Shown piece by piece: positions 25,057-39,336 of a stretch of 64,000 nt of DNA. The notes beneath the pieces are model-generated. The model was not told where the DNA came from. It worked only from the letters and a program-made list of their open reading frames with translations, and did not search any database. A program made the translations under genes and the position numbers. Within the stretch, counting starts at the first letter, position 1, and every line of letters starts with the position of its first letter. Origin of the DNA: Octopus sinensis (lineage: Eukaryota); the NCBI RefSeq assembly GCF_006345805.1, contig NC_043011.1:43784464-43848463 (forward strand). The letters run 5' to 3'.

Positions 25057-25568
25057 TCTATATATATAAAACTGTAGTTGTGTGAGTGTCTGTCCCCTTC
25101 GATTTAGATTCCTAACTATTCCCACATTTTGCGGTGCAGTTTAACCAAATTCGGGTATCTTATAGTCGTGATTCATAACGAGCCCGTCTGAGTATTAGCG
25201 TGCGTCTACGATGAGTCTACGATTTTAAAAATAATTTAACATCATTTTTTATTCCATTTTAATGCATAATTTTTCGTGTGTCGATGGCGGCGGAGTTGGC
25301 GTCCATGGTCACACCTGCACCTGTTTGCTTCTCCCCTTCTTCCCTCCCTCGTGAAGCTGTGGGGAAGGGAGTGTAAGGAAATCAACGTAGTAAAGCGTTG
25401 TCAAGGAGACCAGCGTTCTTTTAGAACAACGACTTCATGGCTTGAAGACACCAAAACAGAAATGGCTAAGAAAGCCCGAATTGGCATCTATAAGGGAAGT
25501 AACTCTCTAAAAATGCTTATATAGTTATTTCCCTTACAAACCCGAGCAACGCCGGGCGATACTGCTAG
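25057..25568 (+). mobile_element. Non-autonomous Helitron (512 bp)
   Basis: Sits between A25056 and T25569; begins TCTATATATATAAAA, ends CTAG, with GC hairpin cccgagcaacgccggg at 25541-25556; no TSD. Confidence 0.85.
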
Positions 25569-26087
25569 TAAAATATAAAAGTCGCACGGGAGCCGCTGAT
25601 TTAGCGATTAATTGAATGTTTTTTTAGGCTTACCGAAGTCATGCCTTTGAACGAATTCAGACAGTGGCGTTTTCCAGTGTTCGCCATTAGTGCTGTCTGT
25701 GAAACACATTTCTCGCCATGTTAACAACGAGTGTATGACGCATTTGTTTATTTTGCTTGAAGGTGTATGCAGGCTTGCAGCATATCCTGTGCATACATTT
25801 TAGTAATGGTGATGTAACACCCATCAACAGATGTGTAGTGCTTGCTATTAAATGGTGTTTTACTATAAGCACCGAGCATTCCATTATAAGCACCAAACAT
25901 TCCACCTATAGTGCAGGCTACAGTAAGGTAACCGCATAATTTTGTAACAGTGTTATTCCTACTTACAGGATAATACGGCATCTTGACCCACAAATGCTGT
26001 CCTGTTGTTCGTGAAATATTAGGGTCGACTATTATACAGGGTCTATGGAAAATGTCCTATTTTTTGGCTAAAAATAGGGGGTCGACT

Positions 26088-26470
26088 GGAAGCACTCCGT
26101 CGGTTACGACGACGAGGGTTCCGGTTGATTCGATCAACGGAACAGCCTGCTCGTGAAATTAACGTGTAAGTGGCTGAGCACTCCACAGACACGTGCACCC
26201 TTAACGTAGTTCTCGGGGATATTCAGCGTGACACAGAGAGTGACAAGGCCGGCCCTTTGAAATACAGGTACAACAGAAACAGGAAGTAAGAGTGAGAGAA
26301 AGTTGTGGTGAAAGAGTACAGCAGGGATCACCACCATCCCCTGCCGGAGCCTCATGGAGCTTTAGGTGTTTTCGCTCAATAAACACTCACAACGCCCGGT
26401 CTGGGAATCGAAACCGCGATCCTACGACCGCGAGTCCGCTGCCTTAACCATTGGGCCATTGCGCCTCCAC
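26088..26470 (-). mobile_element. tRNA-head SINE (here called family C), full length
   Basis: 5' gtggaggcgcaatggcccaatggttaagg...ggtttcgattccc (A and B boxes), 3' end ccctcgtcgtcgtaaccgacggagtgct. TSD-like tagggg(g)tcgact at 26075-26087 and 26472-26483. Confidence 0.85.
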
Positions 26471-27743
26471 CTAGGGGTCGACTATTACTCGAGCATATAC
26501 GGTTATTATTATTATCGTTATACTTCTTTGGTGCTTTATCGATTCTGGGAGGTTGAAGAACAGAGCCAACTGCGATGAAATTTGATCTGAGAATGAGAAG
26601 GGTTGCGATTTATCCCTACGAAGTATTTTCTTCCGACGTTCTATCCTAGCGCCCTCGTGACTATAATCTACTATAATAATACTCTTGTGATTTTCTCCGT
26701 CACAACATATGAATGAGAAGGAAGGGGTGATAGATGAATAAAGAAGGAAGGAAGGGGTGATGGCAAACTTGGTAGTGGGATGGTGAACATTGAACTCTGA
26801 AAAGAAAAATCAAACAGCGTTTCATCTGTGTGTGTGTGTGTGTGTGTGTGTGTACAAGGGAAGTATGTGAATGTATGTGAACATTGACAAGTCTATTAAT
26901 TTGATTTGCCATCCATATTTATGTATAGAATACTACTATTAGCCGTCATTTTTGAGGGCACGGGACCAGCTAGTTAATAATAATTTATTAGAAAAAACAG
27001 CGGTTACACGTTTTAAGGGAAGGGTTAGTCAATTATACAAATCCCAATATTTCTCACCTTTTTTTTTAACCGGGACCCTCCGCCGATGAAAATGTAAACG
27101 ATGAAAAAAAAAAAAAAAAAGAAAAGGAAAAGAAGGATCCCGGCAAGATTTGAACTCAGAACGTAAAGGAGTCGGAGAGATTTTGCATTTCCCATATTAG
27201 CAAAACCTAGAGATATTTGTAGGGAATGATGCGAATATAAGGGTTCCAGTACAAGTCTGTTGGTCTGTTGATCCTTACATGCTCTATTGACCCCTAAAGG
27301 GAATTTCATTCAACAGTAGGGTTCGGGGTGGGGCGGTGTAAGGGTGGGGTGCAATTTCACTAAATGATTTGTTCTAATTAAAAACTGGTTTTCTACCATT
27401 CCTGCCGTTGTATCGACTTTAGTCATCATCATCATCATCACCATCATTGTCATGCCACCACCATCACCACCATCGCCACCGCCACCATGCTGTAGTAAAA
27501 GGCCTGGAGTTGTGATTTAGCAACAAAAATATGTAAGCGATTAAATAAAAATTGTAAAGACATTCTGGTAGCCATGGAAACAGGGGTGGATTTTGGGGTG
27601 GATAGCAGGGTGTTGTAAGCATTCCAACTCCTTCTTGATTATTAAATATTTAAGACCCACCCGCTTCTGAATAGGGTTTCTTAAGTTATTTCCCCATTAC
27701 TGTATGTCTGCCTGTCTGTTTATCTGTTTCTCTCTATGTGTAC

Positions 27744-27778
<35 letters not shown>

Positions 27779-29558
27779 TGTGTTTCTTATGTAAAATACA
27801 AACAAGAAAAGGGACTAAAAAATTAAATACTGACAACAACAACAACAACAATAATAATAATGGTTTCAAATTTGCCACAAGGGCAGCCATTTTAGGGGAG
27901 GGGATGTGTTGATTATATCGTCCCCAGTACGCAACTGGTACTTAATTTATCGACCCCGAAAGCTTATCCGATTGTTATACCAACCGAACATAAAACTTAT
28001 AGTAGCTTACACTTAAATCATGTTTATTACATCATACACACATGCACGCGCGCGCACATATATATATACATATATACATTATCCAATGGGATTATCCAAT
28101 AATTTTTTGATAGCTTATTTGTCTATTTGTCTTTTCTGCTGGTGCTGCATGAATACATGATGTGGTTTTAGAGTCAAGTTTTGACTGCTATCTCTAGCAT
28201 GGCGGTATCTTTTAGCTACCCTTAATTATAATTTTAACAATAGTTAATACCTATAAGGTTTTTATTCCCATGCTGGTCACTTGATATGATCGGTATTTTA
28301 AATAACGATCTTTTCCTTATTTATAAAAACATATATACATACATATTTACATACACACTTACACACACATATACATACATGCATACATATGTGTATGTGT
28401 CAATACTTCTTTTTTATCCATTTTCTATCTTTGTATTATTGTGACTTTTCCCCTCATTTTGCCTAAATTTTCCCCTTATTTTGCCTGAATTTATCGTTTT
28501 CTTTCCTTGCGTTTTTTCTTTTCTCATTCACCCAGTTACATTATTGCAAATCTTACTCGTTCTTAACGGCTTTCACTCTCCTTTCTAATAAACACTTTCT
28601 TTCTCTGTAGCGCCATCGTGGCTAATTGTACCCATTCGTGTTTCAATGAACCGCTCATCTTTTAATACCCCTTCTTTCATCCTTTCTTCATCTCCCTTAC
28701 GTCCTCTCTACCTGCTCTTAACTGTTTTCCCTTTTCGCTCTTTATCGTTATCGGCGTAGCTGTGTGGTAAGAAGCTTGCTTCCCAACCACATGGTACCGG
28801 GTTTAATTTCTAATCAAATCAACAATATTCTTATACATCTAATCGAATGTCTTTTATAGTAAATTGCATTTCGAAGCGATTGTAGATATTTTGCTTCTAT
28901 ACATTGTCCACGCCTCTTTCCTACTTCAGTCGTTTTAATAATCGGTTACGTGATTCTAGAGAATTCAGTAACCATTATTATTGCTGTTGTTACTATTAAC
29001 AACAAAAAACAACGACGTGGACATCATAAATAACGACAATAACAACAACATCGGGGAAGGGGTAAGTCGATTACATCGACCCCAGTGTTTAACTAGTTCT
29101 TATTTTATCGAACCTGGAAGGATGAAAGGGAAAGTCGACCTCGGCGGAATTTGAACTCAGAGCCTAAGGACGGACGAAATGGCGCTAAACATTTTGTCTG
29201 GCGTGCTAACGATTCTGCCAGCTTATAGCCTTCACGACAATAATAATAGGAAATGACACTAACAATAATAATATTAATAAAGCTAAGAAACATAAGCACA
29301 TGACCACCAATTCTGATGGGTGGGGATGTTGGTAAACTACATCTCGTCCGCACAGGATCCTGTGCATAATGAGATGCCAAACTGACATCGGTGCATAAAT
29401 AAGCATATGGTGCACACATACACACAAACATGTATATATTTATGTGTGTGTATGTGTATATATACATGTATATATATGATATATATAATACAGTAGTTAT
29501 TATTATATATATGTACATATTATATACATCTATATATATGTGTGTGTGTGTGTATATA

Positions 29559-29625
<67 letters not shown>

Positions 29626-29707
29626 TATGCATGCACATATACATACACATTTTAGAACTAATGAGCAAAATACAAAAAGATTAATAAATATACTAATATA
29701 CACACAC

Positions 29708-29752
<45 letters not shown>

Positions 29753-29820
29753 TAAACATTTCTATGTTATATATATCTATATCCTATAACTGTATATATA
29801 CATATAACTGTATATATATA

Positions 29821-29868
<48 letters not shown>

Positions 29869-30426
29869 TACACACATATATACACACATATATACTCATA
29901 CATACATATGTATATATATATATACCGACCCCGGCAGAATTTTAGATTATTATCGCCACCTCCACCAACACCACAACCAGCACCACTTCGCCACTAACCC
30001 GCCACCAGACCCACCACCAGACCCACCACCAGACCCACCACCATCGTTAAAAATACAGTAGCCAGACATTCTAAGTCTAAACGAGAATTAATTAGTGAGT
30101 TCATTAATTAGTAAGTCAGCCATGTTTATATAAGACATCTGACGTTACTCCTCCTTCCAAACACATCATTTATTCAATATAGACGTTATGGAATGGTTAG
30201 CGAGTATGAAAGAGTATTTAACGAGTACGTAATTTCTCGCTGATGGCAGGGTTTTGTGTCAGTGGGTAACAGCGGGTTTCTCTACTTTAACTACTCTTCC
30301 ACCGGGCCGACAGAGTTCGAAATTGGCATACATACGTAGACATAATTATGTATCTCTATCTATAACTCTTATCTATCTACCATATCTATGTATGTATGTA
30401 TGTATGTATGTATGTATGTATGTATG

Positions 30427-30552
<126 letters not shown>

Positions 30553-30557
30553 ATCTA

Positions 30558-30597
<40 letters not shown>

Positions 30598-30726
30598 CAC
30601 ACACACGCACAGGCTGTTGTCTAACACTTCGCTGAATTCCTAATGCATAACCGGTTGGGAAGATCAGCCGTAATGGATTATAATATTGTACACTTCGACT
30701 ATATACATATACATACATACATACAT

Positions 30727-30770
<44 letters not shown>

Positions 30771-30894
30771 GTATAGTATGTATATATATATGTATATATA
30801 TATATAAACATATGCATGCACATACATATATACACTGTTTGTGTATGTACACTCACCCATACATGTATATATATACAAGTATATATATATACAA

Positions 30895-30945
<51 letters not shown>

Positions 30946-31081
30946 CGGATATGTACTTGCATAGCAAGTGACCTGATCTGAGATCGTGTGCTGGGACGAA
31001 AACAATTGCAGCGTGGAAGGTGTTTATAAGCCATTTAAAAAACACACAAAAACCGTTAGATTCACTTCAACACACACACAC

Positions 31082-31172
<91 letters not shown>

Positions 31173-32480
31173 TATACATATGCATGTATTGATACATACA
31201 CGGCAGTCTCTCGTAGTCCGGGAAAGACGGTTCTGTAATTTGTTGCTGAATAAGGTGCACCAGCGATTCGTTTATCAAATGTATGTGCAGTACATCATCT
31301 CACCCACCTTCACGAAATTGATGTTTCCTGAACAGGTGAACGGCTGTTATCACACGACAGACGTCGAAATGATTGCAGAGCAACGTGGGATTGAGTGTTT
31401 TGCTCAAGAACACGGCGTAGCGTAACGGACCACCCGTTCATGGAACTGAAACCACGAGCTCTCTATCGTCAGTGGAACATCCTAACCACTAGGCCATGCG
31501 CCTCTACAACACACACACAACACACATTGCCTGAACATATGCACTGTGAGTCACATGTTAGTCAGGTGTTGAAACGATCGCAGACTAACGTGAGAGGTAG
31601 TTTTTTTTTGCTCAAGAACACAGCGTCGCGTAACGCGTCACTCATTCATTCCTGGAATTGAAACTACGATCTCGCGATTGTAAGTGAGGCCCTCTAACCA
31701 ATAGGCCATGCTCCTCCACAACACACACATGCGCGTGCACACACTCACACAACTTTGTCGGTAATATTAGACGGTGACTTCAACTTTCGCGCTTTTAACA
31801 GCTTAGTCAAGCAGTCTGGTTGCATAAGAAGTCAAAGACGAAACCTGAAGTCACTGTCAATTTATCCTTAACAACAAATTCTAATCTAATAAATAATGCA
31901 TAAAGACCATCACCAGCAAATGGCTTGTTGCTTCTTTGAATACTTTGACTTACACACATGCAAAAATACGCACGGGTACACATACACACATATCAAATTT
32001 TGTGTTTGAGTTTGTTTCGTGTTTTGACTAGTAAATGAAAGTTTGTGGAATACAACAGAAAAGCATTAATAAGAGGGATGGGGGGAGACAGTTTATTGGG
32101 GTGTTTACATGTTTACATTCAAGAGTTGTATATACACAAACAACGTATGTATACATGCATATAATACAAACATAAACATGTATATACATATACATATATG
32201 TATGTATATACATAGATACATATATATATATGCATATATATACATACAAACGTATAGATATAGATAAATATATACATATACATACATATGTGTGTGTATA
32301 TATATATATGCATGTATGAATATGTGTATATATTAATGTGTATATATTAATATATTAATGTATGTATGTATGTACGTACAGATATACATGCATACATATA
32401 TATACATATATATATACATACATATATATATATATATGTTTATATACATGTAAGCTGTATGTATATATCTATATATATGT

Positions 32481-32529
<49 letters not shown>

Positions 32530-32823
32530 GTGTAGGTATTTGTTTATTTTTTTATTCCACTAATATATTTTCAGTAAAACTTTAATACGAAGGCATTTGT
32601 TCTGTGCAAAACATATTTATATTTCTTTTTTTTTTCTTTCTTATATGATAATACACGGAATTCCCTTCCCTCCCAGCCCCCCCCCCAAAAAAAACTATTT
32701 ACCGCCAATGTTTAAAAATAACACATTTCAACCCTTTCTTATCATTATATATACATACATATATATATACATACAAACATACATATATACATACATACTA
32801 TATATATATATATATACATACAT

Positions 32824-32892
<69 letters not shown>

Positions 32893-33483
32893 TATACACG
32901 TGTGTGTAGCGCTGTTGTGTAATAAAAAAACCGCTCCTCCTCATATGCTACGAACACGCTCTTTTCGCTCTTTGTTATCTCTTCATCTGCGAGATATAGC
33001 AGTGATATTTCCTTAAAATGACACCCTGTCATCTTGATTATGCGGGAGACATTAGATAATGTAGCCCTTAATATGGCTCTAAAGAAGATGGGGCAGCTTC
33101 GAGTAAGAGCCTGCTGAAATTAGAGTGAGGAACAACAGCAGCCGCCATAGCGACAACAGCAACACCATTACGACGACAACGACGACGACGACAGCAATAA
33201 TAATAACCGCAGCAACAGTAACAACAACAGCATTAAAAACAGCAACAGCAATAATAAGGACAATACTAAACAGCAACAACAATATCAACAACAACAACAA
33301 TAAGAACAATAAATAATAGCAGCAGCGAGAACAACAATAACAACTTCAACAAGAACAACAACAGCAGCAGCAGAAGCGACCGCAATAACAACACGACCAA
33401 TAACACTACAGTCGCCGCCGCCACCACCACTACCACCACAATTATCATCGTCATCTTCATCGTCGTCGTCGTCGTCGTCGTCG

Positions 33484-33542
<59 letters not shown>

Positions 33543-34119
33543 TCCATCATCTTCATCGTCGTTATCATTACCATCACCACTATTACCACCACCACCATCA
33601 TCATTATCACCACTACCACCACTACCACCACTACCATCATCATCATTACAACCAGCACCAGCACCAGCACCAGCACCACCGCCACCACCACCATCAACAC
33701 CATTGTCATAATATATTAAGCTGAATTAAACTACAAAATCACTATAACAAGAACTGCAACAGCATCTCTGACAATATTATTGCAAATGCCATCATCGCCC
33801 ACCACCACCACCACCACTATCACCATCATCATTATCATCATCATCATCATCAACAGCAACAACAACAACAATATCGTACATTAAACCTATACAGAAATTT
33901 TGATTTAGTGTTTCTTTCTAGTCGCGGCGATATATACACGAATAAAATCTCTTCTATCTTATCTCGAAGACTAGAATAATGTAGAATATCCGCCCGAAGC
34001 CTTTATCTGCATACACTGGAAATATCAAAAGCGGCCTGTGATATTCGTTTGTAGTTATGACTATAATTGTAATTACATTAAGGACTCTTTTGCAAGGCGA
34101 ATTATTTCCTAGAAATATT

Positions 34120-34515
34120 TATATCTTTATTGCCCACAAGGGGTTAAACATAGACGGGACAGACAAAGGGACTAAGTCGATTACATCGACCCCAGTGCGT
34201 AACTGGTACTTATTTAATCGACCCCGAAAGGAAGGAAGGCAAAGTCGACCTCGACGGAATTTGAACTCAGAACGTAGCAGCAGACAAAATACCTATTTCT
34301 TTACTGCCCACAAGGGGCTACACACAGAGGGGACAAACAAGGACAGACATAGGTATTAAGTCGATTACATCGACCCCAGTGCGCAACTGGTACTTAATTA
34401 ATCGACCCCGAAAGGATGAAAGGCAAAGTCGACCTCGGCGGAATTTGAACTCAGAACGTAGCGACTGACGAAATACCGCTAAGCTTTTCGCCTGGCGTAC
34501 TAACGATTCTGCCAA
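34120..34515 (-). mobile_element. SINE family A dimer
   Basis: Head-bearing unit 34290-34515 joined to a headless unit through the aaataGGTATTT junction. Confidence 0.85.
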
Positions 34516-35362
34516 TTAATGTCTGTAAGAAATTCTTTTCTCTTCTCACTCTATTACAGAACTATTACTGATCTATGATGTGACAGAAAAAAAAAGAATG
34601 AAAGAAAAATCCCGTGAATGCCTTTTACACTGTAAACTATTTTCTCTCTATAAGATAGACTTCGTAAAATGCTTTATTCAGCATAATATATTTGCCTTAA
34701 GTTATGTTATGCAGACGATTTCAAAAAAGGATGAAATAGTGCTCTACATGGTTACCAATGACTAGAAGTTACCAAATCTTAATAAAGTGTAGGGAAAAGA
34801 AAAAATTTAGTTGTGTATATACTGTACACCTCCTCCTTTACTCTTTTGATTTACATTTCAAACTTCCAATTCCACCTAAAATTGATGTAGAAAGGATTGT
34901 CTTCCCTTCGATAGCTGACACCTCTCATCAGGGCACGTCACGTACATTATATTCTATATTGTTATATTTTTATCTCTTACTACTAGCAGCACTGAGCAAC
35001 ATGGACTACATTGGTACCTATATACAGCTAAGTGGACTGAGCTTCTTTTGGGCGAGTGTGACACTGCTGACGGTCTAAGGGTCGCTGAACGTTTGTGCTT
35101 ATTGAAAAACATCCTACCACCCCAGAAATCGGCAGTGGATGAGGGTCCTTGATTTAACTGGTCTTTGGATTTGGAGGGATGATGAGGGGTGGTGGCGGAG
35201 TATAAGGTCCAGACTTTTACAGACTATAACTACTACTACAACTACTATCATCACCATTACCACCACTACTAGAACAACAGCTACTACTACTACTATAACC
35301 GCCATCACTTCCACCACTATCTCCACCAGCACCAGCAGCAGTACCACCACCACCACTACCCC

Positions 35363-35436
<74 letters not shown>

Positions 35437-35586
35437 GTGTTGCGTTGGCCGTGGTTATGTACTATGTTGCTATCTGTTATTCAGCTGTGAGCATACACAG
35501 AAGCCTGGCTCATGTATCACATTCCAGAGAGATTTGAACTTAAAAGCCGATGGCGACCGAGTCCCTCGCTGTGTGATAGTAGTATT

Positions 35587-35650
<64 letters not shown>

Positions 35651-35976
35651 AAAGTTATGAGATTCTTTCTATGTTAAATAATATTTGACAACATGTGTTA
35701 CCTTCACATGCTGTTTTACACGTTTTTGAGTGTTTAGAAGTAAAGTGGTGTGTGTTGTGTGTGTGTATATATATATATGTGTGTGTGTGTGTGTTTGTGT
35801 GTGCACATAAAGGATGTTAAAAAGGCGGTTCGTAGTGACGTGTAGCTCCTTCTCTCCTTCAATCCATTTATTCCTAATAGCAGGAATTGGTGTCACTAAA
35901 GCGTATTCACTTGTATAAATACTCCATATTAACATGTCCACCAGGTTACTACACAGTAGGAGCGAACTAATGTTCT

Positions 35977-36016
<40 letters not shown>

Positions 36017-36210
36017 GTAGTGTTAGTAGTAGTAGTATAAGTAGTAGTAGTAGTAGTAATAATAATAATAGTAATAATAATGATAATAATCATAAAAATA
36101 ATGATGATGTTTAAAATCTTTTTTTCCCATTATTATTACTATTAAAAAGAAATAAGTTCGTCCTAAATACACGATCGTTTGTACATATATTTGCCGTTAG
36201 AGGTCCTTGA

Positions 36211-36420
36211 CCTCAACTACCAACATGGCTCAAAAAGATTGGTACAAATGTAAAGATAGAACACCTACAAAAATCATCATTGCTTGGAACTGCAAGAATT
36301 CTTCATCGGGTTCTTGAAGCATGATCAGGAAACAAGTATCACCTTAGTCTGCTGGCTGTGGACGGCTGACACTTTACATAATACCCAGCAGAATAAGCTG
36401 AGCGCTTTCATCAAATTATA
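36211..36420 (+). mobile_element. Extreme C-terminus and 3' UTR of another REL-type LINE
   Basis: PQLPTWLKKIGTNVKIEHLQKSSLLGTARILHRVLEA-stop (TGA 36322-36324), the same LQK..LLGTA.IL terminal motif as the other two fragments. Confidence 0.7.
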
Positions 36421-36996
36421 ATGGTCTTAAAATTTTGGCACAAGGCCAGCAATGTTGAGGGTGAGGGAAAGTCGATTATATCGCTCCCAGTGCTCAACTG
36501 GTACTTATTTTATCGACCCCGAAAAGGGTGAAAGGCAAAGTCGACCTCGACGGAATTTGAACTCAGAACGTAAAGACGGGCGAAAGTATTTTGTCTGGCG
36601 TGCTAACGATTCTACCAGCTCGCCACCTCTGGTCACGAGCATAAGTAGTGGGAGAGTATCATAGCCATGTGTTGAAAGGAATACTTGGAGGTTTGGATAA
36701 TTCACTTTTGGAAACATGGGTGGTTCGTTCAACATCCTTAAACAATCCTTATTCAGGGATCTTTTGCGCGGGCTGGATTACTCGACCAGAAGAAAATTCT
36801 AACTGGGCCCCACCTGCAAGATCATGTGCTGTTTATCTTGATATGAAATCACCATGTCGCGCACATATGGTTGTGATGCATGTGCCTGGTGTACCCTTAT
36901 CAGACGGATAGTCATGATGGGTATACTGGGCTTCGTATATTTTACCCCAGTGTCACTTTGATGGCATGCACTGCTCTCTCACTCAATAATAATAAT

Positions 36997-37316
36997 AATC
37001 GACCAGACATAATTATTAAAGACAGGGGAGAAAATACTTGGAGACTAATAGATGTAAGTGTTCCCACTGATAAAAATATATCTGTAGAGAAATTTGACAA
37101 ATTAAGTAAATATGAGGACCTAGAAATTGAAATACAAAATATGTGGCATCTTAAAGCAAGAACTGTTCCTGTTATTGTAGGTGCCACAGGTATGATAAAA
37201 AAGAGAGATGTCAGAAACATATTGACAATATCCCAAGAGAACTATGTCACAGAGAAATACAAAGGATTGTACTGACAAGTACTGTCCACATCCTTAGAAA
37301 AACCCTGTCTATTTAA
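36997..37316 (+). mobile_element. REL-endonuclease domain fragment of an R4/Dong-like LINE
   Basis: NRPDIIIKD...LIDVSVPTDKNI...KLSKYEDLEIEIQNMW...VPVIVGATG, then after a frameshift IVLTSTVHILRKTLSI-stop (TAA 37314-37316). Starts directly after (AAT)n. Confidence 0.87.
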
Positions 37317-37889
37317 ATGTCTGTGTTGTATTACATGAAGATATTTAAATTCCCCCGAATTTAAACGCACCGAAACTACGCTGACTCTGGTTTTCATGGC
37401 TGATGAGAGGAGTTCTCAATTTATTTGTCCTTTGTCGTTTTCCCTTAATCGCTTCCATATTTCATCTCAATTTCACACACAAACACACACAAACACACAC
37501 ACACACACACACACATACACACACACACACACACACACAAACAAACACACACTTACTCATGGATACCCATAAATATATGCTTGTGCGTGTAGCAGAAACC
37601 AGCGTTGAGGAATATAAATAAATATGTCAAAATAAGAATAACAACTCTTTTCTAAGCCAATACACCCACGTTTGTAAAAAAAAAAAAACTGACTTGACAT
37701 GCGAGTTTTTTCTGTAAAATATAGCACAAACAAAGGTTTTTAGCTGCACCAGAGTGAGTTTATCTCGCTGCAATTAAGAGTGATGAGCGAGGGGACATGG
37801 TTCGGTAGAGAGTGGAGGGAAAGAAAGAGAGTAACAGCGAGATTAAAAGGCTGATGAAATTGAGGACAGATAGAGAGCTGAATAGAATG

Positions 37890-37953
<64 letters not shown>

Positions 37954-38944
37954 GGCAAAAGTGGGGGAAGCGATGAGCAATAGGTGAACGTGTTAACATA
38001 TATATGGTAGATGTTTGCCAACTAGATTTAAAACTATGACAGATATGAAAGTGGGTGATCGTGGTGGTGGTGGTGGTGGTGGATCACTGCAAATGTTTCT
38101 TAAGTCACTGCAGGACTACCAAGTGCAGCAAAAACAAACACATACACATACAGACACACACACGTACATATATATATATACACATAAATATACTCTGCAT
38201 ATGTTTACAAGCTGCATATCCTTGATTGCACACAAAAAAACGCATACAGTATTTATTTTTGCTTTAAATATACAAATTTGCAAATTGTTTCATCCTTTGT
38301 CAGTGTTTGGTGATGTTGCGCGCGCGTGTATGTATGGATGTAAACATATATATGCACATGCATATATATGTGTATATATATATAGGTATGTCTATGCATA
38401 TGTACACACACATACACCACACACACACACACAATTTTGCACAAGGAAAACTTTGACAGTGATGTCGAACTTTAGACTTTGTAGCCGTAGTCATGTGTCT
38501 GATGACTGCTAGTAATCCGAAACGTCGAAGTCAATGTCCAAACATTTTTCTTATAAAAATTAGTAAGATTTTATTCTACTAAAAAAATATTGAGTGCTCC
38601 TTTAATTTAATGCTTTTATAACTTAAGCTTCACATAAGATCAATGCACGCACACATATCTACACACACACACATATCTATGCATATAAACATACATATTT
38701 ATACATACAAACACACAAATATATATACATTCACACACGCACATATATCTATACATACACACGCACACACACATATCTATACATTCACACACACATATAT
38801 CTATACATACACACAAACATATCTATATATGCATACACATGCATATCTGTACATACACATACATATCTATACATACACACACATATCTACATATGTATAT
38901 ATATATGTATGTGTGTATGTATATATATGTATGTGTGTGTATTT

Positions 38945-39155
38945 GTTTGTGTGTCTGTGTTTGTCCACCCAACATCACTTGACAACAGATGCTGGTGTGT
39001 TTACGCCTCCCGTAACTTAGCAGTTTGGCAAACGGGATCGATAGAATAAGAACTAGGCTTACAGAGAATAAATCCTAGGGTCGATTTGCTCGACTAAAGG
39101 CGGTGCTTCAGCAAGGCCACAGTCAAATGACTGAAACAAGTAAAAGAGAGTAAGC
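38945..39155 (+). mobile_element. SINE family B, 3' half
   Basis: ttgacaacagatgctggtgtgtttacg...ggcggtgcttcagcaaggccacagtcaaatgactgaaacaag. Confidence 0.85.
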
Positions 39156-39170
39156 GATAATATATGTATG

Positions 39171-39255
<85 letters not shown>

Positions 39256-39286
39256 CACACTTTATTTTAAGCAGCAGAAAATTCAA

Positions 39287-39336
39287 CAAAATCTGTTACT
39301 CTGAGTTTCTCGTTGCCGTTCATCAGACAGTTTTTG
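39287..39336 (-). ncRNA. Minimal type I hammerhead ribozyme motif (probably from a Penelope-like element or retrozyme; this copy has a stem II mismatch)
   Basis: Minus strand: caaaaactgt CTGATGA a-cg-gcaa-cg-a GAAA ctcagag TA acagattttg. Core CUGAUGA, GAAA and GUA cleavage triplet present; stem I pairs at 9 of 10 positions. Confidence 0.7.

Larger units (their letters stand above)
24836..26502. mobile_element. Non-autonomous Tc1/mariner-pogo-like DNA transposon with two nested insertions
   Basis: Imperfect TIRs: ctgtatatactcgtgtgaaagtcga (24836-24860) versus the reverse complement of 26478-26502, ccgtatatgctcgagtaatagtcga (20/25 match). No transposase ORF seen. Confidence 0.7.

Noticed and set aside
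28400-28740. Possible Penelope-like GIY-YIG remnant
   Set aside because: Only a vague EKVFI-like similarity with no continuous frame; not supportable without a search.
37370-37420. GAAAC...CTGATGA gag-ctc in the REL element 3' UTR
   Set aside because: Stems I and II are too weak in the type II arrangement, and GAAA is missing in the type I arrangement.
38485-38540. CTGATGA...GAAAC hammerhead-like spacing on +
   Set aside because: Stem II cannot close (C-C at its base) and stems I and III do not pair in any topology.
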